From the NCBI GenBank assembly GCA_002269645.1, contig NIVC01000516.1:1-64000 (forward strand): 64,000 nucleotides of DNA, written 5' to 3'. Below are positions 1 through 19,689 of this stretch, one piece after another. The notes below the pieces were generated by a model that did no database searches, had not been told where the DNA came from, and saw only the letters and a list, made by a program, of their open reading frames with translations. This stretch comes from Macrostomum lignano. Lineage: Eukaryota. Both the position numbers and the translations under genes were made by a program. Every line of letters starts with the position of its first letter. Position 1 is the stretch's first letter.

Positions 1-830
1 ATCCCATCCTAAAGCATCCAGATCCATCCCAAGCATTCAACTCCCATCCTAGGCATTCAGATCCCACCCTAAGCATGCAATCCGCATCCTAAGCATTCAG
101 ATCCCATCCTAAACAGTTAGATCCAATCCTAAACAGTTAGATCCCACCCTAAATATTCTAATACCATCCTAAATATCCAGATCATCCTAAACATACAAAT
201 CCCATCCTAAGCATCCAGATCCCATCCCAAGCATTCACTCCCCATCCTAGGCATTCAGATCCCACCTAAAGCATGCAGATCCCATCCCTAAGCATTCAGA
301 TCCCATCCTAAACGTTAGATCCAATCTAAACAGTTAGATCCACCCTAAATATTCTAATACCATCCTAAATATCCAGATCCCATCCTAAACATACAAATCC
401 CATCCTAAGCATCCAGATCCGCATCCCAAGCATTCAACTCCCATCCTAGCATATCGGATCCCATCCTAAACAGTTAGATCCCATCCTAAACAGTTAGATC
501 CCATCCTAAACAGTTAGATCCCATCCTAAACAGTTAGATCCCATCCTAAACAGTTAGATCCCATCCTAAACAGTTAGATCCATCCTAAACAGTTAGATCC
601 CATCCTAAACAGTTAGATCCCATCCTAAACAGTTAGATCCCATCCTAAACAGTTAGATCCCATCCTAAACAGTTAGATCCCACCCTAAATATTCTAATAC
701 TATCCTAAATATCCAGATCCCATCCTAAATATCCAAATCTCACCCTAAACATCCAAATCCCATCATTAGCATCCAAATCCACCCTAAACATCCAAATCCC
801 CTTGAAAATATCCAAACACATCTTAAGCAT
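1..830. repeat. 20-bp minisatellite (GATCCCATCCTAAACAGTTA) with ~200-bp higher-order units
   Basis: Homogeneous at about 468-680; degenerate block recurs near 1, 200 and 399. Confidence 0.9.
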
Positions 831-909
831 TTAAATCCCATTCTACAAGGGTTAAGCACTAAAATCCCCCAGCAATTCGCCCAGCCTCATCCCCAGCATC
901 CCTACTCAC

Positions 910-7608
<6,699 letters not shown>

Positions 7609-7949
7609 TGTCTGTTGCTGATGCTGCCAATTTTTCTGCTAGCCGAAGCTCTGGCTGAATATTTCTATCGAAATCGACCGCGGGCTGCCATTGGCCAATG
7701 CTGAAACTCCCTCAACAGCTTGGATCTTAGAGGGTTTATTTGCTACTAATAGTAGGACTACTAGAAAGTTTATTTCGAGGAAATTAAAATACTTAAAAGG
7801 CAGATCTTTTATTATGATTAGCACACGCACCTTCTTTCAATAGAATCTTCTTTGGAATTTCTCCCCAATGAAAATCTTCCCTATGATATCTCACCTTGAG
7901 AAATTTTCTTCAGAATCTCTCAGAGGATTCTTCTAAGAATTCCTTCTTA

Positions 7950-8310
7950 TTATCTTCCCGATAATCTACCGTTGGAAATCCCCCCTAGGAACCCTGCGAA
8001 TCTCCTTAGGGAATCTCCCCTTGAGAGTCTCCCTTTGAGAATCTCCCCTTGAGAGTCTCCCCTTGAGAGTCTCTCCTTGAGAGTCTCCCCTTGAGAGTCT
8101 CCCCATGAGAGTCTCCCCATGAGAATCTCCCCTTGAGAGTCTCCCCATGAGAGTCTCCCCATGCGAATCTCCCCATGAGAGTCTCCCTTTGAGAATCTCC
8201 CCTTAAGAGTCTCCCCATGAGAATCTCTCCTTGAGAGTCTCCCTTTGAGAATCTTCCCTTGAGAATCTCCCCTTGAGAGTCGCCTCGAGAACCTTCCCGA
8301 GAATCTGTGA
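7950..8310. repeat. Degenerate 14-bp repeat (GAGAGTCTCCCCTT)
   Basis: Direct reading. Confidence 0.85.
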
Positions 8311-8851
8311 GACCCTTCTAACCAGAAACTACCCCCCCTCTGAGTTCTGCCACCCACTTGAAGCAGTGTGCAAACCAATTCAGAATATCACGCTGGGAGC
8401 ATCTTTGAGCATCTTTGAGAATTAAATATCCCCCATATCGATGTCCAAGCGCATTCTTTTGTGTTCTACTCAATTTCTCTGTTTACTCATCATTTTTTCT
8501 CTAGCCTTGAAACCCTGCAGAGCCATCTGCCTCAGCTGTCCCGCTCGATAGAGCCCCGGTCTAGCGGGCTCGATGAAGCTTGAAGCCAGCCTTCCTCATC
8601 ATCATTTTCCAGCTTCTCCTCTTTCGTTCGTTTCACCTTTTCGTTCGATTTTTCCTTTGTCCAACTGCACTACTTTTGTAAGGCTGCTTTTCATTGCCCA
8701 GTCACTACTGCATAGGCAGCCCCTCATTTTGCGAAAGCTCTTCCCTCAATGCTCCAATCCTTATTAACTCGGCTGTTAGCATGGAGATCCCCAAACTGGA
8801 ATCTGGAGCGGCAGTGCTTCCTAAAGGCATCATTTTATACACAATTTACCG

Positions 8852-9815
8852 AGACCTAAATTTCGCTGGACCTAAATTTCGCTGGACCTAAATTTCACTG
8901 CACCTAAATATCACTGCACCTAAATTTCATTAGACCTAAATTTCTCTGGACCTAAATTTCACTGCACCTAAATTTCACTGGACCTAAATTTCATTAGACC
9001 TAAATTTCTCAGGACCTAAATTTCACTGCACCTAAATTTCACTGCACCTAAATTTCTCAGGACCTAAATTTCACTGCACCTAAATTTCACAGGACCTAAA
9101 TTTCACTGCACCTAAATTTCACTGCACCTAAATTTCACTGCACCTAAATTTCACTGCACCTAAATTTCACTGCACCTAAATTTCACTGCACCTAAATTTC
9201 ACTGCACCTAAATTTCACTGCACCTAAATTTCACTGCACCTAAATTTCACTGCACCTAAATTTCACTGCACCTAAATTTCACTGCACCTAAATTTCACTG
9301 CACCTAAATTTCACTGCACCTAAATTTCACTGCACCTAAATTTCACTGCACCTAAATTTCACTGCACCTAAATTTCTCAGGACCTAAATTTCACTGCACC
9401 TAAATTTCTCAGGACCTAAATTTCACTGCACCTAAATTTCACTGCACCTAAATTTCACTGGACCTAAATTTCATTAGACCTGAATTTCTCAGGACCTAAA
9501 TTTCACTGGACCTAAATTTCATTAGACCTAAATTTCTCAGGACCTAAATTTCACTGCACCTAAATTTCACTGCACCTAAATTTCTCAGGACCTAAATTTT
9601 ACTGCACCTAATTTTCTCAGGACCTAAATTTCACTAGACATAAATTTCACACTAGACCTAAATTCACTGGACCTAAATTTCACTAAACCTAACGTTTACT
9701 AGACCTAAATTTCATTGGACCTAAATTTATCTGGACCTAAGTTTCACTAGACCTAAATTTCATTGGACCTAATTTTCTCTGGACCTAAGTTTCACACAAG
9801 ACTTAAATTTCACTA
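8852..9815. repeat. 16-bp minisatellite (CACCTAAATTTCACTG)
   Basis: Direct reading. Confidence 0.95.
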
Positions 9816-10380
9816 GGTTCGTCAACTGTTTTCTTCCAGTCCAAGTTCTGGTTCAAGGACTCCCTGGCTAAGGTGAAAGGGTTGCTTGTCAGCAGAGGCA
9901 GGTGCAGCTGAAGCGAAATGAGACCCAAGGAAGGTTGGACAAGTTATTTTTTAGAAAAAATGTTGAGTCCCACTCATCGACCGAACTTCTCCCTCTAAAT
10001 TTCTCCCTGCCTTCTCTTCCGCAATTCACCAGCTGACCGCATTGTCCTGACCAATCTGAGCGTGTGGCCAATTCAAATTCCACTCGGGATTCGATTCAAG
10101 AATTGCTGTAACACTGGCGCTCAGTGTCCGGTGCCGCCCTCATTGTAGGACTCTTCAAAACTCGTTCTGGAGGCTGTGATTTCTCCGCCTTGTGTATAAA
10201 AACTTCGACTGAATATAGACTGAATCAAACGTTGCGATGGAAATGCTTTGAATGAAAAAAATAAACTTTAGCTAGAGCTTACGACTGAATAAGCAATTTT
10301 GTAAATATCTTGATAATCAATTCGTTTATTTTTGTTCAGTAGACCGTGTGATTTGCACTTTTAAATTGGCCCTATCAATT

Positions 10381-10988
10381 GGCGCCCTGGCGCCCCTGGA
10401 GCCCTGGCGCCCCTGGAGCCCTGGCGCCCCTGGAGCCCTGGCGCCCCTGGAGCCCTGGCGCCCCTGGAGCCCTGGCGCCCCTGGAGCCCTGGCGCCCCTG
10501 GAGCCCTGGCGCCCCTGGAGCCCTGGCGCCCCTGGAGCCCTGGCGCCCCTGGAGCCCTGGCGCCCCTGGAGCCCTGGCGCCCCTGGAGCCCTGGCGCCCC
10601 TGGAGCCCTGGCGCCCCTGGAGCCCTGGCGCCCCTGGAGCCCTGGCGCCCCTGGAGCCCTGGCGCCCCTGGAGCCCTGGCGCCCCTGGAGCCCTGGCGCC
10701 CCTGGAGCCCTGGCGCCCCTGGAGCCCTGGCGCCCCTGGAGCCCTGGCGCCCCTGGAGCCCTGGCGCCCCTGGAGCCCTGGCGCCCCTGGAGCCCTGGCG
10801 CCCCTGGAGCCCTGGCGCCCCTGGAGCCCTGGCGCCCCTGGAGCCCTGGCGCCCCTGGAGCCCTGGAGCCCCTGGAGCCCTGGCGCCCCTGGAGCCCTGG
10901 CGCCCTGGAGCCCTGGCGCCCCTGGAGCCCTGGCGCCCCTGGAGCCCTGGTGCCCCTGGAGCCCTGGCGCCCCTGGAGCCCTGGCGCC
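10381..10988. repeat. GC-rich 17-bp minisatellite (GGCGCCCCTGGAGCCCT)
   Basis: Direct reading. Confidence 0.97.
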
Positions 10989-11640
10989 TGTCGGTGCCTC
11001 AAGAAAAAAGACCGGCAATGAACAACAGTAGTAAAGCAAGTACAGCACAGGTTCAATGCTGTGCTGCCAGTCTAGCTTACAATCAGAATGGATTGGAGTA
11101 GATGAGAAAAAAGTCAGTACAAACAACGCGCACATGCACAATTAGTCCAATGCAATGGTAATCTACTCGTACGAGTATAAATGACTATTGGAGATTTTAA
11201 AAAAACATACGCGGCAGATTCTTGCTGCAAATTGCTAATTGCAAATTGCGATAGTAGCGAGGAGATACAGTTTATGCATTTAGCCGGCTCAATACACGTA
11301 GGTGCGCCTGTTCACAGCTCGGGGAGAACTGTTGGGTTGAGAAGTGCTGCTCATTGAATCCCATTGATCCGCAGACTGCGTGACCCCCATTAGCAGTTTC
11401 TATGCGCAAGGAATCGCACAGAGTGGTCATGAAATTGAGGACTGAGTGAACTGGATGAATTTTACATTTACACGGCAAATTCACATTTCTACTCAAATAT
11501 TCATGGGGTAGCAGTTCAGAGCGCGCTTAACCCTGCGTTGAGAAGTAAAACTACTCCTAAATGTTTGAACAAAATTGGAAGCATGGAAGTGAAACCGTTA
11601 GCTCTGATCACACCATCCTTGGATTTATCTTAACCTCTCT

Positions 11641-12018
11641 TTAGCAATCCATTCTATTCCTGCATCCGTGTATTGGCTAGATTAGCAATCCATTCTATTC
11701 CTGCATCCGTGTATTGGCTAGATTAGCAATCCATTCTATTCCTGCATCCATGCATTGGCTAGATTAGCAATCCATTCTATTCCTGCACCCATGCATTGGC
11801 TAGATTAGCAATCCATTCTATTCCTGCATCCATGCATTGGCTAGATTAGCAATCCATTCTATTCCTGCATCCATGCATTGGATAGATTAGCAATCCATTC
11901 TATTCCTGCACCCATGCATTGGCTAGATTAGCAATCCATTCTATTCCTGCATCCGTGTATTGGCTAGATTAGCAATCCATTCTATTCCTGCATCCATGTA
12001 TTGGCTAGATTAGCAATC
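11641..12018 (+). repeat. 41-bp minisatellite (TTAGCAATCCATTCTATTCCTGCATCCRTGYATTGGCTAGA), ~9 copies
   Basis: Abuts the stop codon of the CUB/LDLa gene; inverted relative to 21678-24255. Confidence 0.95.
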
Positions 12019-12021
12019 CCG

Positions 12022-14071
12022 TCACGCGCATCCCGCCGGTTGCTGGGCGATGGCCGTGAGCTCAACCGACTCCCGCTCGGCTCCTCCGTCAAAGCCAGTC
12101 GCTGGGGCGTCCACTTGGCAGAGCAGCGGCCGGCTGTTGCCCTCGAAGCTGCCCTCATAGTCTTGAGGAGCCCTCAGCTGCAGCGAGGCCCGGTCCCACC
12201 GTCGGGGTGGAGGCGGCGGCGGCGCGGGCTCTTCATCGTTTGCGACGCTGGCTTTGAAATCCAACTGGGGCGGAGACGACTTCGCCGAGGGCTGCGGCGG
12301 AGGCGGTGGAGGCGGCGCTTTCGTTTGATGCTTTCCTCGAATTTGGCTGTTCCGATTCAGACTGCCCGAGTGGTGTGCGTGCCGACTGATGGCAGGTTCA
12401 GGATCTGGCGTTGGGTTCGCAGAGGGGCTTCTGAAGGAGTGCAAAATAAATGTTAGCTGTGTTATCGAAATGACTTGATAATTATTGTACTGAAAGGGTT
12501 AGCGGCAGATCAAAGGGGAAGAAACAGTGGCGGTAGATCAAAGGGGAACAGAGAGTGACGGTAGATCAAAGGAGAACAGAGAGTGGCGGTAGATCAAAGG
12601 GAAACAGAGAGTGGCGGTAGATCAAAGGGGAACAGAGAGTGGCGGTAGATCAAAGGGAAACAGAGAGTGGCGGTAGATCAAAGGGGAACAGAGAGTGGCG
12701 GTAGATCAAAGGGGAACAGAGAGTGACGGTAGATCAAAGGGGAACAGAGAGTGGCGGTAGATCAAAGGGGAACAGAGAGTGGCGGTAGATCAAAGGAGAA
12801 CAGAGAGTGACGGTAGATCAAAGGGGAACAGAGAGTGGCGGTAGATCAAAGGGGAACAGAGAGTGGCGGTAGATCAAAGGGGAACAGAGAGTGACGGTAG
12901 ATCAAAGGGGAACAGAGAGTGGCGGTAGATCAAAGGAGAACAGAGAGTGGCGGTAGATCAAAGGGAAACAGAGAGTGGCGGTAGATCAAAGGGAAACAGA
13001 GAGTGGCGGTAGATCAAAGGGAAACAGAGAGTGGCGGTAGATCAAAGGAACAGGTCTGCACCTGGCCAGAGCGGACTGTCTGGGACCGCCACCGAATGTG
13101 AAACTGTCTGAGCCTGCCTCATCCCCATCGCCTTCTTCCTCGTCGCTTCTCCGACCGCCCCTCTCCGAGCAGCTCAGCTTATAGTCGTAGTCGTCGTCAA
13201 TATCCAATTCGCGTTTTTGAGCGCAAATTTTTGCCAGAGCGAACGCCAACGCAATCGGCACGGCGCCAAAGGCTAGCCAGGGGAAATTTCTAGACAGCCA
13301 GGAGCTGTGAGTCGGGTGCAGCAGATTCGACCGGTTGGAGCTGCCGACACCGCCAAGCCAGAATGGGCCGTCCGGGCACTTGTTCGGCTCTTCGAACAGG
13401 TCGAAGCAGTCAGCACGGAGGCTGCAGCTTCCCGGAGCTACGCAGAGTCCACCATCGTCGCTGCCACCGTCATCCTTGACCTTCTTCTGGCACCAGACGT
13501 TGCCGTACCGTTCGCAGAACAGCCGCCGGCTTGTGTAGTTGAACTGTTCATCGAATCTGGCATAGCGAGACACCGTGATATTGACTGGCGGCCCCGGCGG
13601 GCTGCTCTCCACCCAGAACAGCCGGGCATACCTGTAGCGCAGCTGGAATTCAGTTGGAACTGTCTTCGCTTCGCTGGTAACCCTGTGGTGCTTGTCATTG
13701 TCAACTATGCCCGGGCTCATGTCCTGCTTCTCCATGGAGACGACCACGAGTTCCTGACCGGGCGACAGCTTCGTGACTCGGATTCGCAGGTACCAGAACC
13801 GGATGCCACGAGGGTCGCGAATCAGCTCGCCAAACGGAACCACCGGAGTTGAGCAGAGTCTGTAGCCGGAACCGCCAGATGCAGCTGTGGTCAGCTTCAG
13901 GGATCCGTCAACGGATAGCGGAGTCTCGTCCGCGTGCTGGCAGCTGGGGTGGTCCGTGCTGTACAGGGTGTACACCAGCCTGTGGTGCCTCGGCGTACCG
14001 TAGATCGAAGCGGAGACGTCGGGCACGAGACTGAGCACCAGGACTGACAGCAGAGACAGCAGCAGCAGCAT
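12022..14071 (-). CDS. Single-pass membrane protein: signal peptide, CUB-like region, degenerate LDLa module, TM, acidic and Pro-rich tail (472 aa, 2 exons)
   Basis: Exon 14071-13062 (GCC AG|gtgcag) joins exon 12430-12022 (ccttcag|A AGC, TGA at 12024-12022) in phase 2; total 1419 nt. Six-Cys module Cx7Cx15Cx5Cx5Cx9C with DCFDLFEE; TM FPWLAFGAVPIALAFALAKICA; PPPPPPP tracts. The domain names are inferred from the patterns. Confidence 0.8.
12505..13052. repeat. 28-bp minisatellite (GCGGTAGATCAAAGGGGAACAGAGAGTG) filling the CUB/LDLa gene intron
   Basis: Direct reading. Confidence 0.95.
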
Positions 14072-14429
14072 CGCTTGGCTCTTCTATCCTGCGCACAATT
14101 GAAAATTTTTTTTATTAATTCCTTAATTTTCATATTAAAAGTTAAATTAAATTACAAATTACTTTTGGGCACCCTGGCGCAAAGCCTGTCCATCGCGCTG
14201 ACTCCTGAGCCTTTTTAGCTACTAGAAAGTGCAATAACTACCGCTCAAAAATGGAGTCCGACACGTTTCTTTGATAAAAAAGTACATCTGCTGTCCCTTT
14301 AAGATTTGGCAGTATCGGTACGCTTAAAAGATAAAGAACGCATTGACAAGAGTGCGGTCTGGGTTGAATGGAGATAAAAGGAAAAAAGCACAGGATAAGA
14401 AAGGTTATTGAAGTAAGTGGAGGAGATGA

Positions 14430-14730
14430 GAGTAGATAGAAGGAGAGGAGAGGAGAGCAGAGCAGAGCAGAGGAGAGCAGAGCAGAGGAGAGGAGAGCAG
14501 AGCAGAGGAGAGGAGAGGAGAGCAGAGCAGAGGAGAGGAGAGGAGAGGAGAGGAGAGGAGAGGAGAGGAGAGGAGAGGAGAGGAGAGGAGAGGAGAGGAG
14601 AGGAGAGCAGAGCAGAGGAGAGGAGAGCAGAGCAGAGGAGAGCAGAGCAGAGGAGAGGAGAGCAGAGCAGAGGAGAGCAGAGCAGAGGAGAGCAGAGCAG
14701 AGCAGAGGAGAGGAGAGGAGAGGAGAGGCA
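14430..14730. repeat. (GAGGA/GAGCA)n pentamer tract
   Basis: Direct reading. Confidence 0.95.
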
Positions 14731-15391
14731 AAGGGGAGAAAAGACACACAAACAGGGCAATCAAGCGAGGACTGCAATTTCAAGCCAGGCGCGGCCATAA
14801 AGCACGCCGCGGTGCACAGGAGCAGCGGAGCACGCCGGACCCGAGACATAGAAGCTCCTCCTTTCCAAGTCTTTGATCAAAAAAGGGGGAATCGCCCGGG
14901 AGACCCCGGCCGGGACTTCATCATCAGTCAGTATGTCTTCCTCGTTCCCTTCCATCTCTATCGCTCCCCATGCACCCGCGCCTCACTTGGCGAAGCGCGA
15001 CCGCCGCCAAAAAGGGGAGGGACGACTTGAAGCAATCTTCGAGCTTGAGGAGAAACCAGCCAAACGAAACCAGCGAAGTTCCTGGACTGAGCAGAAATTT
15101 GTCTTTCATCTTGCTTCCTGGCTTGGCACAGCTCCGGACTCAATCTTTGAGCAAAGCTCATTTCGCTAAATTACCAGTCCTGGCCACCGCAGCTTGCCCC
15201 CCCTCTTTTGCTGCACTGCTCTCCTTCCACTGGAGAATTCTCCCAACAAATACTCTCTCTACCCCGGCATCGAAGCACAAATCCACTTTGCTATCCGGGA
15301 GCGGCTCTAAGTTTGAGAACTGTTGCAAGTCTCATTACGTAATCGCTATTGATGTTTGGTCAGCAGATTCAACATTAGCCACACTCTCTCT

Positions 15392-15903
15392 TCAGCTGTG
15401 TCTCAGTCTCCCTTCACCCTCTGCTAGCTGTGTCTCAGTCTCCCTTCACCCTCTGCTATCTGTGTCTCAGTCTCCCTTCACCCTCTGCTATCTGTGTCTC
15501 AGTCTCCCTTCACCCTCTGCTATCTGTGCCTCAGTCTCCCTTCACCCTCTGCTATCTGTGCCTCAGTCTCCCTTCACCCTCTGCTATCTGTGTCTCAGTC
15601 TCCCTTCACCCTCTGCTAGCTGTGTCTCACTCTCCCTTCACCCTCTGCTAGCTGTGTCTCAGTCTCCCTTCACCCTCTGCTAGCTGTGTCTCACTCTCCC
15701 TTCACCCTCTGCTATCTGTGTCTCAGTCTCCCTTCACCCTCTGCTATCTGTGCCTCAGTCTCCCTTCACCCTCTGCTATCTGTGTCTCAGTCTCCCTTCA
15801 CCCTCTGCTAGCTGTGTCTCACTCTCCCTTCACCCTCTGCTAGCTGTGTCTCACTCTCCCTTCACCCTCTGCTAGCTGTGTCTCACTCTCCCTTCACCCT
15901 CTG
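15392..15903. repeat. 32-bp minisatellite (TGTGTCTCAGTCTCCCTTCACCCTCTGCTATC)
   Basis: Direct reading. Confidence 0.95.
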
Positions 15904-16375
15904 TCTCCCTTTTCATTCCCAAACAAAGGACACGATTGCAGAATAACTTGTCTTGCCACACCTATGCTATCAATACCTTTGATCCGTGTGTGCTACTGTC
16001 ATTCATTGAGTCCCCTTTATTATTATTTTTATCAATTGGCAATTGAGCAGATAATTGATGTTACTTTCACATCCCTTCTCCAGAGGCTCTTGCTTTTCTC
16101 CTTTGGCTTTAAATCGAAGTCTAAGCCGATTCTAAAGCAAAGGGAAAAATAAAAAAATTCTGCGCCTCTCTAGCGATCTCTTGAGCCCCCTATGGATTGC
16201 TTTTGGCCTGAACTCAGCATAAAATCAATTGCTTTCTTGGCTTCACTGCTTCTCATTATAGTTTACAGCCTCTATTTGGGTATATTTTTTATGTGATACG
16301 GCTTATCAACTCTGGCCTCAACTCAGCATGTTCTCATTCTTTGAGCACCTTTATTTTAGCTTGGTACAGCTGCCA

Positions 16376-16640
16376 CTATCTTCCATCTTCTTTCTTCTAT
16401 CTTCTATCTGCTGTCTTCTATCTTCTGTCTTCTATCTTCTGTCTTCTATCTTCTGTCTTCTGTCTTCTGTCTTCTATCTTCTGTCTTCTATCTTCTATCT
16501 TCTGTCTTCTATCTTCTGTCTTCTATCTTCTATCTGCTATCTACTATATTCTGTCTTTTATATTCTATCTGCTATCTTCTATCTTCTGTCTTCTATCTTC
16601 TGTCTTCTATCCTCTATCTTTTATCTTGTTTATGTCTTCT
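16376..16640. repeat. (TCTTCTR)n heptamer tract
   Basis: Direct reading. Confidence 0.9.
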
Positions 16641-17068
16641 TTCTTTTAAATCCTTTTCTTTCTCTCTACCCCAGTACCACCTTCTCCCTCGTGGTATATT
16701 CCACTGATTCTTCACTGAGCCAAGCGGAGTGGCGCAAGACAATGCCCCAATCTGCGGTCAATCAACTGCTATAATCTAAATCGACCAGAAACCCGAGAAT
16801 AGGGAATCCAACTTAAAAAAATGCTCACCTTCGCTTTGATCCTCTGCTAACTCTGTCGCCAAAACAGGGGCTGTGTGAAGCTTTTCCTAGCCAAGCCTTC
16901 TTACCAACTGCTAAGACAGATCTAGGGGGGGTCTGGAACGGGCGATTTCCTGAGACAAACTGCTCCTCAATAGCTGAGCTAGCAAGCGGGACCGGAGCTT
17001 GCAGCGAGTTGAATCAACCTTTAATCTCGGTACGGCCAGAGCTGCAAGCCCTCTCTCCCTAGACGATT

Positions 17069-17126
17069 CTGATTGGCTGAGAAGCGCTGCAGGCTAGCTG
17101 AAGGCCCTCTACGTGGTGCGGGAAAA
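17069..17126. promoter_or_regulatory. Promoter-like motif cluster (CCAAT box, ACGTGG, E2F-like GCGGGAAA)
   Basis: CTGATTGGCT at 17069-17078, ACGTGG at 17111-17116, GCGGGAAAA at 17118-17126; no gene assigned. Confidence 0.25.
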
Positions 17127-17489
17127 TTATTTCATAAAACTAACACTTCAGCTTTAAAAAACGCTTGAGAAACTCTAGACAAAAAAGAACTCAGATTTGT
17201 TGTCAGCTCAAACAGCAACTCTCTGTCTCTCTCCTCTCATCCCCTCTCTACCCAGTCTACACCTACCCACTTGCTCCGCGTGAAGTGGTCGGATTAGCAA
17301 AAAATCCAATTTTCCAGTTTAAAGAGCAAAAAATGTATTCTTTTCTTCGTGCAAATTAGACAGTGCTACCATTCTGTCCGTGGGGTTCCGCTATTAACTG
17401 AGAACAATGGTGAAACAGTTTTCATTGTGGGAGGAACTGCTCAAAACAGCTGACTGGTAACTTGATTTCCTTGAAAAAATAATCAAGCT

Positions 17490-17882
17490 CTTCATCTAAG
17501 ACACTGAACCCTTCATCTAAGACACTGAACCCTTCATCTAAGACACTGAACACTTCATCTAAGACACTGAACCCTTCATCTAAGACACTGAACCCTTCAT
17601 CTAAGACACTGAATCCTTCATCTAAGACACTGAAACCTTAATCTAAGACACTGAACCCTTCATCTAAGACACTGAATCCTTCATCTAAGACACTGAACCC
17701 TTCATCTAAGACACTGAATCCTTCATCTAAGACACTGAAACCTTAATCTAAGACACTGAACCCTTCATCTAAGACACTGAACCCTTCATCTAAGACACTG
17801 AACCCTTCATCTAAGACACCGAACCCTTAATCTAAGACACTGAACACTTCATCTAAGACACTGAACCCTTCATCTAAGACAC
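17490..17882. repeat. 21-bp minisatellite (CTTCATCTAAGACACTGAACC)
   Basis: Direct reading. Confidence 0.95.
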
Positions 17883-18334
17883 CCAAACCCGAACGGTCCG
17901 CAATCACCCATTTCAAATTATCCTAACAACATTGCAGTGCAAAGGTGAAGCCAGCAACGGCAGTGATGAAGCCAATCCAAGGCACATCTAATATAAATAT
18001 ATGATTTATTAGTGCAAAACAGTGCACCAATTAATCTTCGCCAATTTTTGCACTAATTTGACAGTCCCGTCCATAACAGTCTATTTATAGCCCTCTGAAT
18101 ATCTACCGCATGCGAGAAAGCAGTCTTGGCTGGTTGCAGACGCTCCCATGTCTGCCCGGCCAGTCCATTAATCCGCCGGGAGCTGGATAAAATTTTATTG
18201 TCGGACATTCTGTCTACTAGCTGGAATATGGTGCGATATTGCGAATTTGAGCTCTGCTGAGTATAGGAAACCAATCCACTGTGTATAAAGTGTGGCACTT
18301 GCAGAGCCGTTTTGACAGAGGGGTGGAATAAGAT

Positions 18335-18965
18335 AAGATAGAGAAAGTGAAGAGAAAGGTGAAGAATGAGTGAAGAGAGAGGGGAGGAGAGAGTGAAGAG
18401 AGAGGGGAGGAGAGAGTGAAGAGAGAGGGGAGGAGAGAGTGAAGAGAGAGGGGAGGAGAGAGTGAAGAGAGAGGGGAGGAGAGAGTGAAGAGAGAGGGTA
18501 AAAGAGAGTGAAGAGAGAGGGGAGGAGAGAGTGAAGAGAGAGGGAGAAGAGAGTGAAGAGAGAGAGGAGAAGAGAGTGAAGAAAGAAGGGAGGAGAGAGT
18601 GAAGAGAGAGGAGAGGAGAGAGTGAAGAGAGGGGGTAGAAGAGAGTGAAGAGAGAGGGGAGGAGAGAGTGAAGAGAGAGGGGAGGAGAGAGTGAAGAGAG
18701 AGAGGGGAGGAGAGAGTGAAGAGAGAGGGAGAAGAGAGTGAAGAGAGAGAGGAGAAGAGAGTGAAGAAAGAAGGGAGAAGAGAGTGAAGAGAGAGAGGAG
18801 AAGAGAGTGAAGAAAGAAGGGAGGAGAGAGTGAAGAGAGAGGGGAGGAGAGAGTGAAGAGAGAGGGAGAAGAGAGTGAAGAGAGAGAGGAGAAGAGAGTG
18901 AAGAAAGAAGGGAGGAGAGAGTGAAGAGAGAGGGGAGGAGAGAGTGAAGAGAGCGAATAGAGGGA
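18335..18965. repeat. Purine-rich ~23-bp minisatellite (GAGAGTGAAGAGAGAGGGGAGGA)
   Basis: Direct reading. Confidence 0.93.
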
Positions 18966-19424
18966 AGAGAGTGTGTGGGAATGAGGGGTGAGTGATGTCA
19001 GAAAAAGACGAACATAGAAAAGTTTGGGAGGCAAGAGAGAGTTGCTCAATGCAACTGGGGCCCGCTTTATCTGCACTTGTGACGTTAAAAGCAGAAACAA
19101 AGAGCACAGAAAGGCTGGTCTAATTTTGTTTTCCCCAGTCCTTGGCGTCAGTTCCCAGAGAAAAAGAGAGCCTCTGCTTGTCCATCAATCTTGCTAAAAT
19201 TTCTTTAAGTCAAAACGTCCAAGATGTTCTGTTTATACAATTCATTGGCTGCAAGGTTTAGTCTGGCAGTGCGGCAAGCTATCTGATTCCCAGCAGAATT
19301 ACACAGTGTCTGCCGTGTGTACTTCCTCTTGCTGTGCGTCTTTGAAAACTCTATAAAGTCACTTAGGATTTTTACTGACGCGTAAATTACCTAATCGTAA
19401 AATAACGACTCGTATCACACAACT

Positions 19425-19564
19425 CACACAGGAGTGTACAGCGGTCCTAACTTTATTTATCGATAGGCATGTACACTTCACTGTGCCTTGGGGGTTGGCC
19501 CTATAGGCCGTTAATTGCACGAGCAGAGCCAAGCCGAGATTCCAATTTAGCCAGAAATTAATGT
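19425..19564. mobile_element. Interspersed ~140-bp repeat, copy A (fragment of unidentified element)
   Basis: About 90% identical by eye to 37458-37597 in the same orientation; not tandem; AATAAA on the minus strand. Confidence 0.6.
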
Positions 19565-19689
19565 GACTGCAAATCAGAGCGCCACGCCAGGACACCTGTG
19601 GCCTTACCTATGGTTGAAGAATATGATGAGAGGAGGAAGTGGTCGCCAAATATGGCCATCGATAAAGCTGCAATGGTTGTCCTCCTTCT

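Noticed and set aside
1-830. Telomeric repeat at the window edge (CCCTAA-like motifs)
   Set aside because: The unit is a 20-bp minisatellite, not (TTAGGG)n, and the nAChR gene must continue beyond it.
10326-11141. Collagen-like GAPGLQG / PGAPG ORFs
   Set aside because: A 17-bp unit cycles through all three frames on both strands, and there is no sustained Gly-X-Y register.
14761-15169. Overlapping 60-100 aa ORFs on both strands upstream of the CUB/LDLa gene
   Set aside because: No homology recognised and no consistent splice model.
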